Assembly (NCBI RefSeq): GCF_006345805.1
Contig: NC_043017.1
Span: forward strand, 15,500,001 to 15,564,000
Length of the DNA: 64,000 bases
Source: Octopus sinensis
Lineage: Eukaryota
Direction of reading: 5' to 3'
Every line of letters starts with the position of its first letter. Positions within the stretch are counted from its first letter, which is position 1. Below, in pieces: positions 63,720 to 64,000 of this stretch. The notes under the pieces were generated by a model, which worked only from the letters and a program-made list of their open reading frames with translations, did not search any database and had not been told where the DNA came from. A program made the translations under genes and the position numbers.

Positions 63720-64000
63720 CTCTTTCCAGGTGGAGAAGCCATATCTTCATTTAGCTCCGGAGTAAAACATTTGCTCTTGTCCCTCTCTCACGATTTCGTG
63801 TTCCCCAATACTTCCTACCCCATTCAGACGAGGGACCTACCTTGTCTTACGGGTACTTGGTGACCTTGGTAGAGCTGATGCCTTGAAAAAAAGCACCCAG
63901 TACATTTAGAGAAGTGATTGGTATTAGGAAGGGTATCCAGCTGCAAACCATGCCAAACCAGACATTCGAACAGAGTGCATCCCTGTGGCCTGTCTATTCA
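63720..64000 (+). mobile_element. RTE-type 3' UTR fragment
   Basis: aaaaaaagcacccagtac..ggtattaggaagggtatccagctg..aaaccatgccaaaccagac. Confidence 0.6.

Overview
Repeat-rich animal genomic DNA; the SINE/RTE/Penelope content and microsatellite load look like an octopus (coleoid cephalopod), which is inference from recall rather than a database match. Two protein-coding genes converge. (1) An intronless Frizzled (+, 4954-6747), Fz1/2/7-like, has an intact 10-Cys CRD but altered intracellular signalling motifs: KTxxxW is KTLLPC, ICL3 is shortened and W7.55 is F. (2) The last nine exons of the H3K9 methyltransferase EHMT1/G9a (-, 36043-63462) were reconstructed by hand, with GT-AG sites and phases all consistent; the ORF track does not show them as a gene. 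One EHMT intron (40966-61371, 20.4 kb, within the pre-SET coding region) is filled by a ~18.2 kb array of ~270 copies of a 67-bp satellite. The array appears to have expanded from a subrepeat of one RTE-retroelement 3' end and shows dyad symmetry and a 28-monomer duplication. The intergenic region holds Penelope-like elements with minimal hammerhead-ribozyme motifs, a composite non-autonomous Helitron that carries neighbouring sequence, a Merlin transposon relic, foldback MITEs and several SINE families. Most short ORFs in the track are microsatellite or satellite noise.
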